A stretch of DNA of 64,000 nucleotides from a virus, in the IMG/VR virus record IMGVR_UViG_3300034284_002648, positions 16,258 through 80,257 of that record, one strand, 5' to 3'. Below are positions 10,052-20,790 of this stretch, piece by piece. Below the pieces are notes generated by a model that searched no databases, was not told where the DNA came from, and saw nothing but the letters and a program-made list of their open reading frames with translations. Both the position numbers and the translations under genes were made by a program. How positions within the stretch are numbered: the stretch's first letter is position 1; every line of letters starts with the position of its first letter.

Positions 10052-12772
10052 ATGATCACCAATAATCTTCAAATTTATAGCTGGACATATGGATATTATA
10101 TCGACAGTATCACTAATAAAAAATTATCTATCGGTGATATTGTTAGATATAAAAATATCAATAATAATAAAGTATTATTTAATAATACAATAAATGTTGT
10201 TTCCAAACCGGCTGGTGGAGGCGAGATAGTAGGAGATATTATTCAGGATTATAATGGTATATTTGAAGATAATGATATATTAGATGAAAGTAGACAATAT
10301 ATCAAAATACCTTTTGATGAATTAACAAATATTATTGATATAGAAATCAATGCCGATATTTTTTCTGATATTTATAATGTTGAAGGAAAAGCACAGAGTA
10401 GTTTACCAACAGATAAATCCTCATATTTATCTTTATATCTATATGATGGTACCGAAATAAAAATAAGTATTACCGATTTTATTTATTCTGATACTAATAA
10501 AATTACAGTTAATTTACCGTCTACTATATATTATGTTAAAGAAATTAGATTCTATGGACCAAGACCACAGAAAAAACAAGCAATAGGATCTTCTATAGAA
10601 CCCAATATCAATATTTCTGCTGAATATCACCAGTCTCAAGATGGTATTATTAGGAATTGGGGTTATGAGCCAGAACTCTATAACATAGATACCACCACCT
10701 TTAGATTAACAGATCCATCACTTAATGGTAGAAATAACTTAATTTTTAAAGAAAATATTTTAACTAATTTTCAAAATTATACTAGATCAAGATATAATCC
10801 ACTAAATATTTCTTCTAATAACTCACTAATAAATATCGATACAAATAGTAGTCTGACAGTATCCAAGTCTGCTCAAACATATGGTGCTCTATTTGGATAT
10901 TTAGAATTAATATCTACAGATAGTACTAATACCTCTAATATATTTTTAAAAAATGTTACATTTAATTCTCCTGCATATTTTTACAATATCAATGAAAACC
11001 TCATACCTCCAAAAGATCCCACTATTGTTGATGGAGGATTATATCTAGTTAATCCTCAAGATAAAACACAAAAACAAAGAGTTGTACATTTATTTTCTCG
11101 AAATTGGAATTCATATTTGGATTCTCTTGACGATAACTGGGTGAATGATGCTATTGTACTAGCCAATAATTTAAATAGATCCTCTGTTATATCTCCATAT
11201 TTTAATTTGGATGATTTTGAATTTTTAGATACATATGAAGCAACTCCTGTGAGATTAACACATCTTAATATAACAGTGGATACTGAAAAACCAACACCTA
11301 CGCCGACGCAAACACCAGATAGTACGTTAACTCCTACTCCCACACCAACACAAACCATAACACCATCCGTTTCAGCGCCTCCTATTAAATCTGGATACGT
11401 TTATGTTTGGGGAACAAATGGCTATAATGATGAACAAATAATTAATCCTGTTCAAATAGACCAAGATAACAACTTCGTTGGTATCAATTTATCATTCACC
11501 AACATATTCACAGGCTTAAACCACCTGATCGCATCAAGACAAGACAAGATATTATTCCCAATTAAAGACAATCGTTCTTCTCAGCTAGGTCTTCCTTTTT
11601 CAGATAATATTAAACAATTAAATAAACTTAATACTGTAATAAGTACTATTAATAGTAGATGGAAAAATGTATCCATAGGTGATGACTTCACATATCTGCT
11701 CAATAATGACAATGAAGTTTATAGATGGGGATCAAACCGTTTTGGTCAATTAGACTCCACATACAATCAATTACCTCTACCAACTCAACTTATACTAGAT
11801 AATACATTTTATTTCTTAGACGTATCTTGTGCCAAAACACACGCTTTTGTTATAGATAATTTTGGTTCTTTGTATGTTTGCGGAAGTATAGATGGGTATA
11901 GTTTTAGTAAGTTTACCAAATATAATAATGAAAACTGGATTAAGATTTTTACTAACGAAACCCATACCTTTGGAATCAAGCCTAATGACACAGCACTATA
12001 TGTACTCAGAGGAAAAGTAGCATCAGATGTATTATCATTTAATCATACTCCACAAATTATAGATCATAATATAGAAAATTATAGGAGTATAGATGCTGGA
12101 GATAGTCATTTATTAGTTATTAAACAAGACGGATCTTTATGGGTTTTTGGAAATAATGATTATGGTCAATTAGGTACAGGAGATAATGATTCTGTATATG
12201 ATAGATTAATAACAAAAGATACTTATCAAAATTGGGTTAAAGTAGCCGCTGGAAGCAGACATTCGTTGGCAATAAACACTATTGGGGTATTATATGGTTG
12301 GGGATCTGGACAAGATTACCAGTTTGGTTTTGTTCAAAACGACTTTAATATACCAACATTAATTTGGGGAGGTAATTGGATAGATATATCGGCTAAGGGT
12401 AATTTAAATGGAGCTATAGCTGGGGATTATATATTCCAAGAGTTAACCACTCAAACCCCAACACCCACTCCTACTAATACCTCAACTCCGACTATCACAC
12501 CAAGTATTAGTGATACGCCACCTCCAACACCTCCACCACCATCACAATCGGCAACAACAACAAGAACTCCAACACCAACAGCAACACCAACAAGAACCAG
12601 TACTCAAACTCCAACCCCAACTCCAACACAACCGATATTCCTATTCAAGATTATAGATGTTTTACCAGTTACACCACCACCAACACCGTCACAAACACCA
12701 CCACCGGTATCACCCAGCGCATCTCCGCCTGTGGAAGTGTATGATTTTACAGCACTATCATTTATAGTATAG
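10052..12772 (+). CDS. RCC1/BLIP-II repeat beta-propeller protein with PT linkers (putative virion/fibre)
   Basis: VYVWGTNG, VYRWGSNRFGQL, LWVFGNNDYGQLGTG and KVAAGSRHSLAI...LYGWGSG motifs; PT tracts flank the propeller. Confidence 0.8.
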   Translation: MITNNLQIYSWTYGYYIDSITNKKLSIGDIVRYKNINNNKVLFNNTINVVSKPAGGGEIVGDIIQDYNGIFEDNDILDESRQYIKIPFDELTNIIDIEINADIFSDIYNVEGKAQSSLPTDKSSYLSLYLYDGTEIKISITDFIYSDTNKITVNLPSTIYYVKEIRFYGPRPQKKQAIGSSIEPNINISAEYHQSQDGIIRNWGYEPELYNIDTTTFRLTDPSLNGRNNLIFKENILTNFQNYTRSRYNPLNISSNNSLINIDTNSSLTVSKSAQTYGALFGYLELISTDSTNTSNIFLKNVTFNSPAYFYNINENLIPPKDPTIVDGGLYLVNPQDKTQKQRVVHLFSRNWNSYLDSLDDNWVNDAIVLANNLNRSSVISPYFNLDDFEFLDTYEATPVRLTHLNITVDTEKPTPTPTQTPDSTLTPTPTPTQTITPSVSAPPIKSGYVYVWGTNGYNDEQIINPVQIDQDNNFVGINLSFTNIFTGLNHLIASRQDKILFPIKDNRSSQLGLPFSDNIKQLNKLNTVISTINSRWKNVSIGDDFTYLLNNDNEVYRWGSNRFGQLDSTYNQLPLPTQLILDNTFYFLDVSCAKTHAFVIDNFGSLYVCGSIDGYSFSKFTKYNNENWIKIFTNETHTFGIKPNDTALYVLRGKVASDVLSFNHTPQIIDHNIENYRSIDAGDSHLLVIKQDGSLWVFGNNDYGQLGTGDNDSVYDRLITKDTYQNWVKVAAGSRHSLAINTIGVLYGWGSGQDYQFGFVQNDFNIPTLIWGGNWIDISAKGNLNGAIAGDYIFQELTTQTPTPTPTNTSTPTITPSISDTPPPTPPPPSQSATTTRTPTPTATPTRTSTQTPTPTPTQPIFLFKIIDVLPVTPPPTPSQTPPPVSPSASPPVEVYDFTALSFIV

Positions 12773-12782
12773 GATTAATTAT

Positions 12783-15700
12783 ATGGCACTAGTAGATCCA
12801 GTAGTAGACAATAGCTTAGTATACATGATTTCAAATGGTAGACAGAATTTACATATTCTGAATACAAGAAATCAAATAGATGATATCAACCTTAATGGTT
12901 TAGCAGAGACTATAACTGTGGGTGGTGTTCAATATGCAGCTAAGAGAATATATAGTGTTATAGTATATAGTGGTGAAGTATTGGCTGGCGGAGATTTTGG
13001 ACTTAAAAAATGGAATGTATCTACTAGAAGATGGGAAAAATATGCAACATTTACTGGCGGAATTAGTAGTCTAATTAATAAAGGATTATTTCCTAATAGC
13101 GTACTTGGTATGAAAGTTTATAATGGTAAACTTTATATCTTTGGTAATTTTGTAGATAGCCTTGTTGGTAATTCTGCATCCTCAGTTACTTCAAGATATC
13201 TAGTTATATACAATGGATCCTTTTTTGAACCAGTAGCGGGCGCGAACAGTCTGCCGATTATCAACTTATCTAATTATGGACTATTGAGCAAATCAACAAC
13301 TAACTTTGCATTAAATGATAATATTTTTTCTTTCTACGTATATAACAACAATATTTATATTTTAGATAAAGGCATATTTACTGGAAAATCAACGCTACAG
13401 GATATTGTAAGAACAGATGCCGGTGCAGATATAGCTAATGATGGAACAACGCTAATTTATTATTTATTAGATGGTTCCTCAACCGTTGCTACAAAAAAAA
13501 TTAATGGACAGGTACTGAACGATTATCAAATAGACAATACTCTCTACATCACATCTGCTGTTAAAAAAACAGGATCAGAATATCAACAAAATATATTTTC
13601 TTCTATTAACTTAGAAACATCAGAAATTTCTAGAGGTAACGAAATATTTCTTGGTACTACTTATGCATCTGTAATAGGAGACGTATTTACTAATTACAAC
13701 GTAGAATCCAACTCTACATCATCAGCCGCAAGCAATAAATGCACTAAATTTTTGAAACAAAATGATGTAAGTTTTAGAAAAATTCATAATGGAATTTCTA
13801 TACAAAATGGAACATATGAACAAACTAAATCTGCAATTTTAATAGACACAAATAATAATCTATGGGCTTTGAAATCACCTTGGGTAGAAACCAATATTAA
13901 TGCAGCATATTATGTGCCACTTTCTCAAGAAACACAATATAAGCTATTTGTAAGATATAATTTAGATTATGGTCCACTAAAACTTAATGGCAGAATATCA
14001 GATGCGGTAATGGGCTTAGATACTGTAGCGATACTAACAAATTCTGGAGAAATTTATATTTGGGGGAAAAATAGTCATGGACAATTAGGTCCAGATATTC
14101 CTATTGGATCAACAATAGATTCTCCGGTGAAAGTTTTTGGGTCTGGATATAAAAAACTATACGTTTGTGACAATACCTACTACGCATTAAAAGATGATGA
14201 CACGCTATTTGCTTGGGGACAAAGCACTACCGATTTAGGTGGACAATTGATTCCTGGAGTAGCTGGTAATGCTGTTCTACCTGTACAGATAGAAATACCT
14301 ATTGGAACGAATGATACCCCAATCAACAGAACAGGAGTCAGTAGTGTAGCGGATGAGATGGGTAGTTTTTGGAGTAGTATTAGTCCATCTCCTGTTGGTG
14401 TGTATGCTATTGATAAAACTGGACTACTATTCTTTTGGGGAGGTCCAGAAGGAACATCCTCATATCCTATTACTAGAACAGTTTCTGGTAATTCTGAAAC
14501 ACATACAGGACTATTTGATATAGATAATATTAGGCCGGTACCAAAACCTTCTGAACCAGGAAAAGCCGTTTTGATAGGTTGTCCAGCATTCACTAATGAT
14601 CAAACCCCTGTCACAGGAGATCCCGGTAAATATACGTCAATATCCCATGATAGTTGCTGGTATAATCAAATATATAACTTTAACTTTTCTATATTATCAA
14701 ATTCCACAGGCGTTCAAAGCAATATATATAGTTTGCTCAATAAGTCTATTAATGCTAATTTAATTTTTGTTAGTAGTTTTGTAGCCTATACATATGTTAT
14801 TAATGACAAGTCATATTCTTCTATATGGCATAAGAATTTTCTTAATGATGAAACGAATGAAAACTCTCTAGGTCAAATTAGAACATCCACATGGCTCAAA
14901 ACATCTGAAGTACCATCGTATGTAATCAATTTACCAATACCTCAAGCAAAAACGCTGGCTGCTGGAAATGCATACGAGCTAAATCTAAACAGCAATCAGT
15001 CAAAACAATTGGTAATCAAGTTTAGATTCAATAATAAGCCTTATTGGACTATTAATAGTGTTGGTGGTGTCAGTATCCTCGGAGGTATCAATTCCAACTC
15101 ATCAAATTTGACGAATATCCGCCTTTGTTCTATAGATTCTTCTGATAGTTTGAGAATAGATACTGGAGCACCAGTTAAATACGACTATATTACAAAAACC
15201 AAAAAATGGAATTTTACTAATCAGTATTATGCTTTGGACCAAAATGGCGAACTATACGGACTTCCATATTCTGGTTATATAGGAACATCCAATAGATATC
15301 CTTTTACTCTTCCGTTTAAGTATTATATAAATGCTGAAAATAATAATTTTACCGGCGCTACCACACTATTTGACATAAACAATTCTTATATTTCTGATAT
15401 TATCATTAATAATAATCGATTGATTATCGGTGGATATATACCTAATGGAAATAGCTTTTATTCATATAAGAGTTTAGCAATATATGATTTGGAACAGAAT
15501 GCTGTTGTTAATCTATCTATTGATCCTACATCTTTAATTAGTACAGTAATTAATAATCTAGTTCCTCAATCAGAATGGGTTCAACCACCTCCTCCACCAA
15601 GCCCAACTCCAACACCGACACAAACACCCACGATGAGTATTACTCCATCTAATACTCCAACAATAAGTCTCAGTCCAACAAATACTGTCAGTCCTACTAA

Positions 15701-16040
15701 CACTAGAACGCCAACTTTAACAATTAGCGAAACTCCAACTTTAACACCAACTATTAGTCAAACACCAACACTAACTCCCACTATAACATCTACCAGAACA
15801 CCTCAGCCAACCCCAACTAGAACACCCACAAGAACAGTGTCGGCAACTCCAACAAATACCAGAACTCCGACACCCACTCCTACTCAGACTCAAACAATGA
15901 CTCCTACTAATAGTCCTAGTCCCAGGAATTCATGGGATATTGATGGTCAACAAATTGTCTTCACAGATGCCGAAAGAAATGCTGTTGGTCTGAATTGTGC
16001 TTGTATAGCAGAAGAAACAGCTGCTAGAGAGGGAAGATAA
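12783..16040 (+). CDS. Beta-propeller/RCC1-repeat protein with a C-terminal PT tract (putative virion/fibre)
   Basis: IYIWGKNSHGQLG and LFAWGQ RCC1 motifs; N-terminal VLAGGDF / LYIFGNF propeller blades with a matching LIIGGY blade near the C-terminus; TPT tract at ~15585-15925. Confidence 0.7.
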   Translation: MALVDPVVDNSLVYMISNGRQNLHILNTRNQIDDINLNGLAETITVGGVQYAAKRIYSVIVYSGEVLAGGDFGLKKWNVSTRRWEKYATFTGGISSLINKGLFPNSVLGMKVYNGKLYIFGNFVDSLVGNSASSVTSRYLVIYNGSFFEPVAGANSLPIINLSNYGLLSKSTTNFALNDNIFSFYVYNNNIYILDKGIFTGKSTLQDIVRTDAGADIANDGTTLIYYLLDGSSTVATKKINGQVLNDYQIDNTLYITSAVKKTGSEYQQNIFSSINLETSEISRGNEIFLGTTYASVIGDVFTNYNVESNSTSSAASNKCTKFLKQNDVSFRKIHNGISIQNGTYEQTKSAILIDTNNNLWALKSPWVETNINAAYYVPLSQETQYKLFVRYNLDYGPLKLNGRISDAVMGLDTVAILTNSGEIYIWGKNSHGQLGPDIPIGSTIDSPVKVFGSGYKKLYVCDNTYYALKDDDTLFAWGQSTTDLGGQLIPGVAGNAVLPVQIEIPIGTNDTPINRTGVSSVADEMGSFWSSISPSPVGVYAIDKTGLLFFWGGPEGTSSYPITRTVSGNSETHTGLFDIDNIRPVPKPSEPGKAVLIGCPAFTNDQTPVTGDPGKYTSISHDSCWYNQIYNFNFSILSNSTGVQSNIYSLLNKSINANLIFVSSFVAYTYVINDKSYSSIWHKNFLNDETNENSLGQIRTSTWLKTSEVPSYVINLPIPQAKTLAAGNAYELNLNSNQSKQLVIKFRFNNKPYWTINSVGGVSILGGINSNSSNLTNIRLCSIDSSDSLRIDTGAPVKYDYITKTKKWNFTNQYYALDQNGELYGLPYSGYIGTSNRYPFTLPFKYYINAENNNFTGATTLFDINNSYISDIIINNNRLIIGGYIPNGNSFYSYKSLAIYDLEQNAVVNLSIDPTSLISTVINNLVPQSEWVQPPPPPSPTPTPTQTPTMSITPSNTPTISLSPTNTVSPTNTRTPTLTISETPTLTPTISQTPTLTPTITSTRTPQPTPTRTPTRTVSATPTNTRTPTPTPTQTQTMTPTNSPSPRNSWDIDGQQIVFTDAERNAVGLNCACIAEETAAREGR

Positions 16041-16044
16041 GTAC

Positions 16045-16057
16045 GGTGTATAATACT
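16045..16057 (+). promoter_or_regulatory. Putative promoter element GGTGTATAATACT
   Basis: Intergenic, contains TATAAT, and lies ~25 nt upstream of the AAGGA RBS/ATG16083. Related motifs occur at 44032-44044, 60921-60930 and 62611-62622 (- strand). Confidence 0.55.
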
Positions 16058-16082
16058 TTGAACAATTAAGGAATATATAATT

Positions 16083-16946
16083 ATGGCTAATTTTAAAGTT
16101 AATTTCATTACTAATAGCAAAGTAATCAATTTTACCAATTGCTGTTGTCCAAATCTTATAAATGTTGTTTGTAGAGACTTAGAATTGGGACAAAAGTATT
16201 ATGTATCGTTTGATGATACCCCAACATATAGAGCCCAAGTTTTTCCTGCAAAATACTCGTTTATAGCACAAGCACAGGTTGTAGGATTTAAAATTATCAA
16301 TGGTGGACTCAACTATACTTCTACTCCAACCATAACTATAACGGGCGGAGGAGCGTCTACAAATGCTAGGGCTACAGTTACTCTCACAGAAAAAACTTTC
16401 GCCAATAATGTTAAAACAAAAACTATTACTGCTATAAATCTGATAGATCCAGGTAGCGGCTATACCAGTATGCCAACTGTTACTATTACAGGAGGTGGTG
16501 GTAAGGATGCGGTTATTAAACCTATTTTAGGTAATGTAGTAAAAAATTTAACCTTTTTTGTAGCGTTTGGATGTAATGAAAAAAGTATGCCAATTCCTAC
16601 TCCGTATCCAAGCAATACTCCTACACTTACTCCTACTCCAACACTCACTCAAACTCCAACACTTACACCTACTCCAACATCAATATCTTTGGAGATATTA
16701 CCATCTAATATTACTACATATACATCTCCTTTAGGTCAAACTATTACGCTAGAAGATTACTTTACTGATAGGACTACTTATCCTGTTAGGGTATATTATG
16801 GTGTTACAGGTCAAAGTGTTGTGGTACCTCCAGATTATGATTATGCTGTTTTCATTAAGGGTGACGGAACTGTTACAGATAGTGCTGTTGTTCCTGGAAC
16901 TAATATTTCTTTTAAGAGTCAAATTTTATTAGGAAAAGGTATTTAA
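16083..16946 (+). CDS. Structural protein with a GxGY-TxxPTxTITGGG repeat insertion and a PT linker
   Basis: Two repeats, NGGLNYTSTPTITITGGGA and DPGSGYTSMPTVTITGGGG, of the type seen in large myovirus baseplate/virion proteins. Confidence 0.65.
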   Translation: MANFKVNFITNSKVINFTNCCCPNLINVVCRDLELGQKYYVSFDDTPTYRAQVFPAKYSFIAQAQVVGFKIINGGLNYTSTPTITITGGGASTNARATVTLTEKTFANNVKTKTITAINLIDPGSGYTSMPTVTITGGGGKDAVIKPILGNVVKNLTFFVAFGCNEKSMPIPTPYPSNTPTLTPTPTLTQTPTLTPTPTSISLEILPSNITTYTSPLGQTITLEDYFTDRTTYPVRVYYGVTGQSVVVPPDYDYAVFIKGDGTVTDSAVVPGTNISFKSQILLGKGI

Positions 16947-16982
16947 AATAAGACTATAAACAAATTAAGATAGAGGAAACAG

Positions 16983-18818
16983 ATGCCAGGACCGATTGTA
17001 AACCCAAGAACAGGTCAAAATTCAGCGTGTATAGACGTTAGATTCGCACATAGCGGATTAAATGCAGACCTCAAGCTAGGTGCTGCTCCACTAGTCTCTA
17101 TCAATAGGGATTTTTTGCAAGATGGTGCTGGAACTATAATCGGCGTTAATACAAAAATTAATTTATCAGGACAAATTAGACCTAGTGGTACTCAACTTGG
17201 TTTTACAGAACTTCTTAAGAGAGAAAAAAGATTAAGAGATCTATTCTCTTATGGTGCTGGTGATTTTGAAATCATCAAAGAGGGTAGTGTTATATTTAGC
17301 GGAATAAACGCTAAAGTTTTATCATATTCTACAGAAAAGTCTGATAATAACTGGGTCATGAGTATGGGATATTCTGTAGACCTTGAATTTTATGAATCTG
17401 TACGCGCTCCCGGAGAAGGAAATCCAGAATATAGAGTTACAAGTATTAGTGAAGGATGGTCGATAGAACCGCTAGAAGACTATATTTATACTATTATACA
17501 AACCCCAGCATCTGATCCAGACCCAGATTCAAATGGGGGCCAGTCTCAAATAGAAGGAGTTCCACAATTTAGAGTCACCAGAAAACTATCTGCTGTTGGT
17601 GTGCCTAAAAATGGTTTTTATTCGCATTTTGACAAAAATAGAAATAACGATTCTGAATATAATTTTAGAAATACCACACAGAAACCTAGTGATGATGCAT
17701 ATCTTCAAGCAAAAAAATGGGTAGACGATAGATTAAAACTTCCTTTTAATAAAACCGATAATACAGATGGGAGATATACTGTATTATTAAGCAATTCAGA
17801 TGCTTCTTCTGGTAGTATGTTTAGTACTTTTAGCGATTTATATTTATATAATCATACCAGAAATATTAATTATAGTATTACGGACGGTTCTTATGAGGTT
17901 AGTGATAGTTGGTTAGCCTTAAACAAGGCAGCTAAATTTACAGAAGATTTTACCATAGAAACATCAACAGATAATAAAAATATTAGAACAGTTAAAGTAC
18001 AAGGAACTATTAATGGTTTACAAATTACTCAAGGTAATTTATATATGGAGAAAGATAGTTTAAAAGTTCCGTATAGTGGGGATGGGAATATATATCTTAG
18101 TGGATATAATGTTGGTGGTGAAACCTATAATGATATTATGCCAGAAAAATATAATAATGCTTTCTCAGGATGGATATACGACGTTAAACCGGCACTATAC
18201 AAAAGAGCTTGTTTAGCAATTAATAGTAGAGATAGAACACAGCCTTGGTATCCGTCTACTCCTGGTTTGTTACCTCCTGGAAATCCTGTTTTTAGAACAG
18301 AGAATGTTTTAAACTATATTCCAATATCTACATCAGAAAATCATGACTTATTCAATGGAACCGTATCATATACTTATGAATATAATAATATCGTTAAAAT
18401 AATTAGCGGTGTAATTTCCGAATCATACAGAATAAATACCACCGGTCCAACAGACAGTGTTGCTGAACTTTTTGTTCTCAACCGTCCACTTGGGCCAGTA
18501 TTACAATCTTTAGGCACAAAAACAAGCACAACTAAGAAGATAGAAGTGGAATTGGTTTTGGTTCCACCAACTAGTATAGCTGGTTTTTCTTTAGATGATC
18601 CTAGTTGCCCAGTTGGCATAGGAACTTATGTATTTAATAAATGTGAAGAATTTATAGATGCACAACAACCTACAGAAGAATCAGGAAATGGTATGATAGT
18701 TTCTGTTAAAAGTGATACATATAGCTGGAGTCCAACAGACGGAAGATATACCAGAAACAAAGAATGGCTGTATCAGCCCTGTTATAAAGATGGACATCCT
18801 TATCAGTTTATGAGGTAA
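16983..18818 (+). CDS. Putative tail/baseplate structural protein (paralog 1)
   Basis: 611 aa with a GAGG RBS; full-length similarity to 18822..20777; located in the structural arm. Confidence 0.6.
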   Translation: MPGPIVNPRTGQNSACIDVRFAHSGLNADLKLGAAPLVSINRDFLQDGAGTIIGVNTKINLSGQIRPSGTQLGFTELLKREKRLRDLFSYGAGDFEIIKEGSVIFSGINAKVLSYSTEKSDNNWVMSMGYSVDLEFYESVRAPGEGNPEYRVTSISEGWSIEPLEDYIYTIIQTPASDPDPDSNGGQSQIEGVPQFRVTRKLSAVGVPKNGFYSHFDKNRNNDSEYNFRNTTQKPSDDAYLQAKKWVDDRLKLPFNKTDNTDGRYTVLLSNSDASSGSMFSTFSDLYLYNHTRNINYSITDGSYEVSDSWLALNKAAKFTEDFTIETSTDNKNIRTVKVQGTINGLQITQGNLYMEKDSLKVPYSGDGNIYLSGYNVGGETYNDIMPEKYNNAFSGWIYDVKPALYKRACLAINSRDRTQPWYPSTPGLLPPGNPVFRTENVLNYIPISTSENHDLFNGTVSYTYEYNNIVKIISGVISESYRINTTGPTDSVAELFVLNRPLGPVLQSLGTKTSTTKKIEVELVLVPPTSIAGFSLDDPSCPVGIGTYVFNKCEEFIDAQQPTEESGNGMIVSVKSDTYSWSPTDGRYTRNKEWLYQPCYKDGHPYQFMR

Positions 18819-18821
18819 AAT

Positions 18822-20777
18822 ATGCCTGGCCCATTAATATCTAATATAAATAATACTAATAATAATGTTACTATATTATCTCATCCTAGTGATAACACTG
18901 GATCTCCAAGAGATGAAAAAATAGATGTATTTTTTTGTGGCAGTGGTTTCCATAAAGATTTGGAACTTGGCCCAACACCGTTAATGACTATAACAAGAGA
19001 ATTTATTAAAGACGGCGCCGGTTCTTATATTGGTATTAATAATAAGATTAATTTAACTGGAAAAATATACAACAGTGGAACTCCTGGAATAATTGATATT
19101 CTGGATGTGAAAGAAAAAAATCTTAAAGATCTCATAAGAAAAGGGGTAGGAGATTTAGAAATTAGAGGGAATAATGGAGGTAATAATCTTTTAGGAGATA
19201 AGGCTGGGAAAAATGCTAAAGTTGTAAGCTATTCTATAGATAAAACCCCAGATCAATGGGTTTATAGTGCAGACTACTCTATCGATTTTGCTTACTACGA
19301 ATCTATCGCTAAATCCAACTATAGGGTTAGTAGCGTAACAGAATCATGGTCTTTGGAACCTTTAGGAGAATTGGTATATTTGGCATTAAATAAACCAGTA
19401 GCAAAAAGATCAGAAACAGAACCATCATCTGCAACATCAATGAATAATGTGATGGTTACTGGCTTACCACAGTTTAGATTAACTAGAAAGTTGGCTGCTG
19501 TTGGAGTCAGAGGAGAAAAATTTATCTCCCATGATAAAAGTTCTAGACATGAATTTAATACTCAATCTTCTGCTGACGAAGACAGAGGAGAAAATGATGC
19601 TTATTTGCAAGCTAAAAAGTGGATAGAAGATAGACTAGATCTACCATTTAATACATCCTATAATAGTAAAGGAGATTATACAACCAAAGTATCCTCTGCT
19701 TATAACATAAGTAGTTTTACTAACTTATTTGTTTGTAATCATACTAGAAATATTAGTTTTAGTATTACTGACGGATCTTACGAAGTAAATGATACTTGGC
19801 TAGCATTACCTAGTGGGGTTAGACACACAGAAGAATTTACTATAGAAAGCTCAACAGATGAAAAATTTATCAAAACAGTAAAAGTACAAGGAATGATTAA
19901 AGGACTACATGTTCCTGTTAGTAATGTTGTAACACAAAATACTAATATTCCTCAATTAGATGATGCAAAAATAGATCTTGCCAAATATAAACAGAGTGGT
20001 TCATCTGGTAGTGTTGGGGGTAAAGCTTTTAAATCAGAAAAATATAACAATGCACTAGATGCTTGGATAGATGATATTAAGCCTAGTTTATATACTAGGG
20101 CTTGTTTGGCGCTTAGAAGTCCTGATAGAACACAAGATTATTTTCCACCAGGATACAATGGAGGAACTGCACCACCAGGAAATCCAGCGTTCAGAAAAGA
20201 GAACCTATTAAATATTATACCAATTTCATCTTCAGAATCTCATGACACTCTTAAAGGAGCAATAGGATATACTTATGAATATAATAATGCTACTAAAATT
20301 TTTAGTGGTGTGATAGCAGAAAGTGTTAGTATAGATACTACTGGTCCAGCTAATCAAATGGCCGAAATCTTTGTTCTAGGTAGGCCGCTTGGTCCTGTTA
20401 TTCAAGATTTAGGCACCAAAACATCATGTACAAAAAGTGTCAATATAGAATTAATTATACCTCCTCCAACAACAGCAGCAGCCTTTAATATGAAAAATAA
20501 TAGCTGTCCAGTATGGACAGGTGGATATATATTTCAGACTTGTGAAGCTATTATAGAGGGGCAGAAACCATATGGTCAAAGATTGGGTACTGGTACAAAC
20601 TTGCCAGATTCTCAAACAAAAGGCGTTTATACTAATACTTTAGGCCCTTTTAATGGAGATGTTTTTGTTAAATCTGATACATATTCTTGGAATCCTTCAG
20701 AAGGACGCTATACAAGAAATGTTGAATGGATTTATCAACCAAGGGCAGGACAGTTTAACTTTTTAAGATTAGGATAA
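18822..20777 (+). CDS. Putative tail/baseplate structural protein (paralog 2)
   Basis: 651 aa. Shares motifs with the upstream gene (AYLQAKKW, NHTRNI..SITDGSYEV.D.W, KYNNA...W, VKSDTYSW.P..GRYTRN.EW.YQP). Confidence 0.6.
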   Translation: MPGPLISNINNTNNNVTILSHPSDNTGSPRDEKIDVFFCGSGFHKDLELGPTPLMTITREFIKDGAGSYIGINNKINLTGKIYNSGTPGIIDILDVKEKNLKDLIRKGVGDLEIRGNNGGNNLLGDKAGKNAKVVSYSIDKTPDQWVYSADYSIDFAYYESIAKSNYRVSSVTESWSLEPLGELVYLALNKPVAKRSETEPSSATSMNNVMVTGLPQFRLTRKLAAVGVRGEKFISHDKSSRHEFNTQSSADEDRGENDAYLQAKKWIEDRLDLPFNTSYNSKGDYTTKVSSAYNISSFTNLFVCNHTRNISFSITDGSYEVNDTWLALPSGVRHTEEFTIESSTDEKFIKTVKVQGMIKGLHVPVSNVVTQNTNIPQLDDAKIDLAKYKQSGSSGSVGGKAFKSEKYNNALDAWIDDIKPSLYTRACLALRSPDRTQDYFPPGYNGGTAPPGNPAFRKENLLNIIPISSSESHDTLKGAIGYTYEYNNATKIFSGVIAESVSIDTTGPANQMAEIFVLGRPLGPVIQDLGTKTSCTKSVNIELIIPPPTTAAAFNMKNNSCPVWTGGYIFQTCEAIIEGQKPYGQRLGTGTNLPDSQTKGVYTNTLGPFNGDVFVKSDTYSWNPSEGRYTRNVEWIYQPRAGQFNFLRLG

Positions 20778-20790
20778 TAGGAGATAGATA

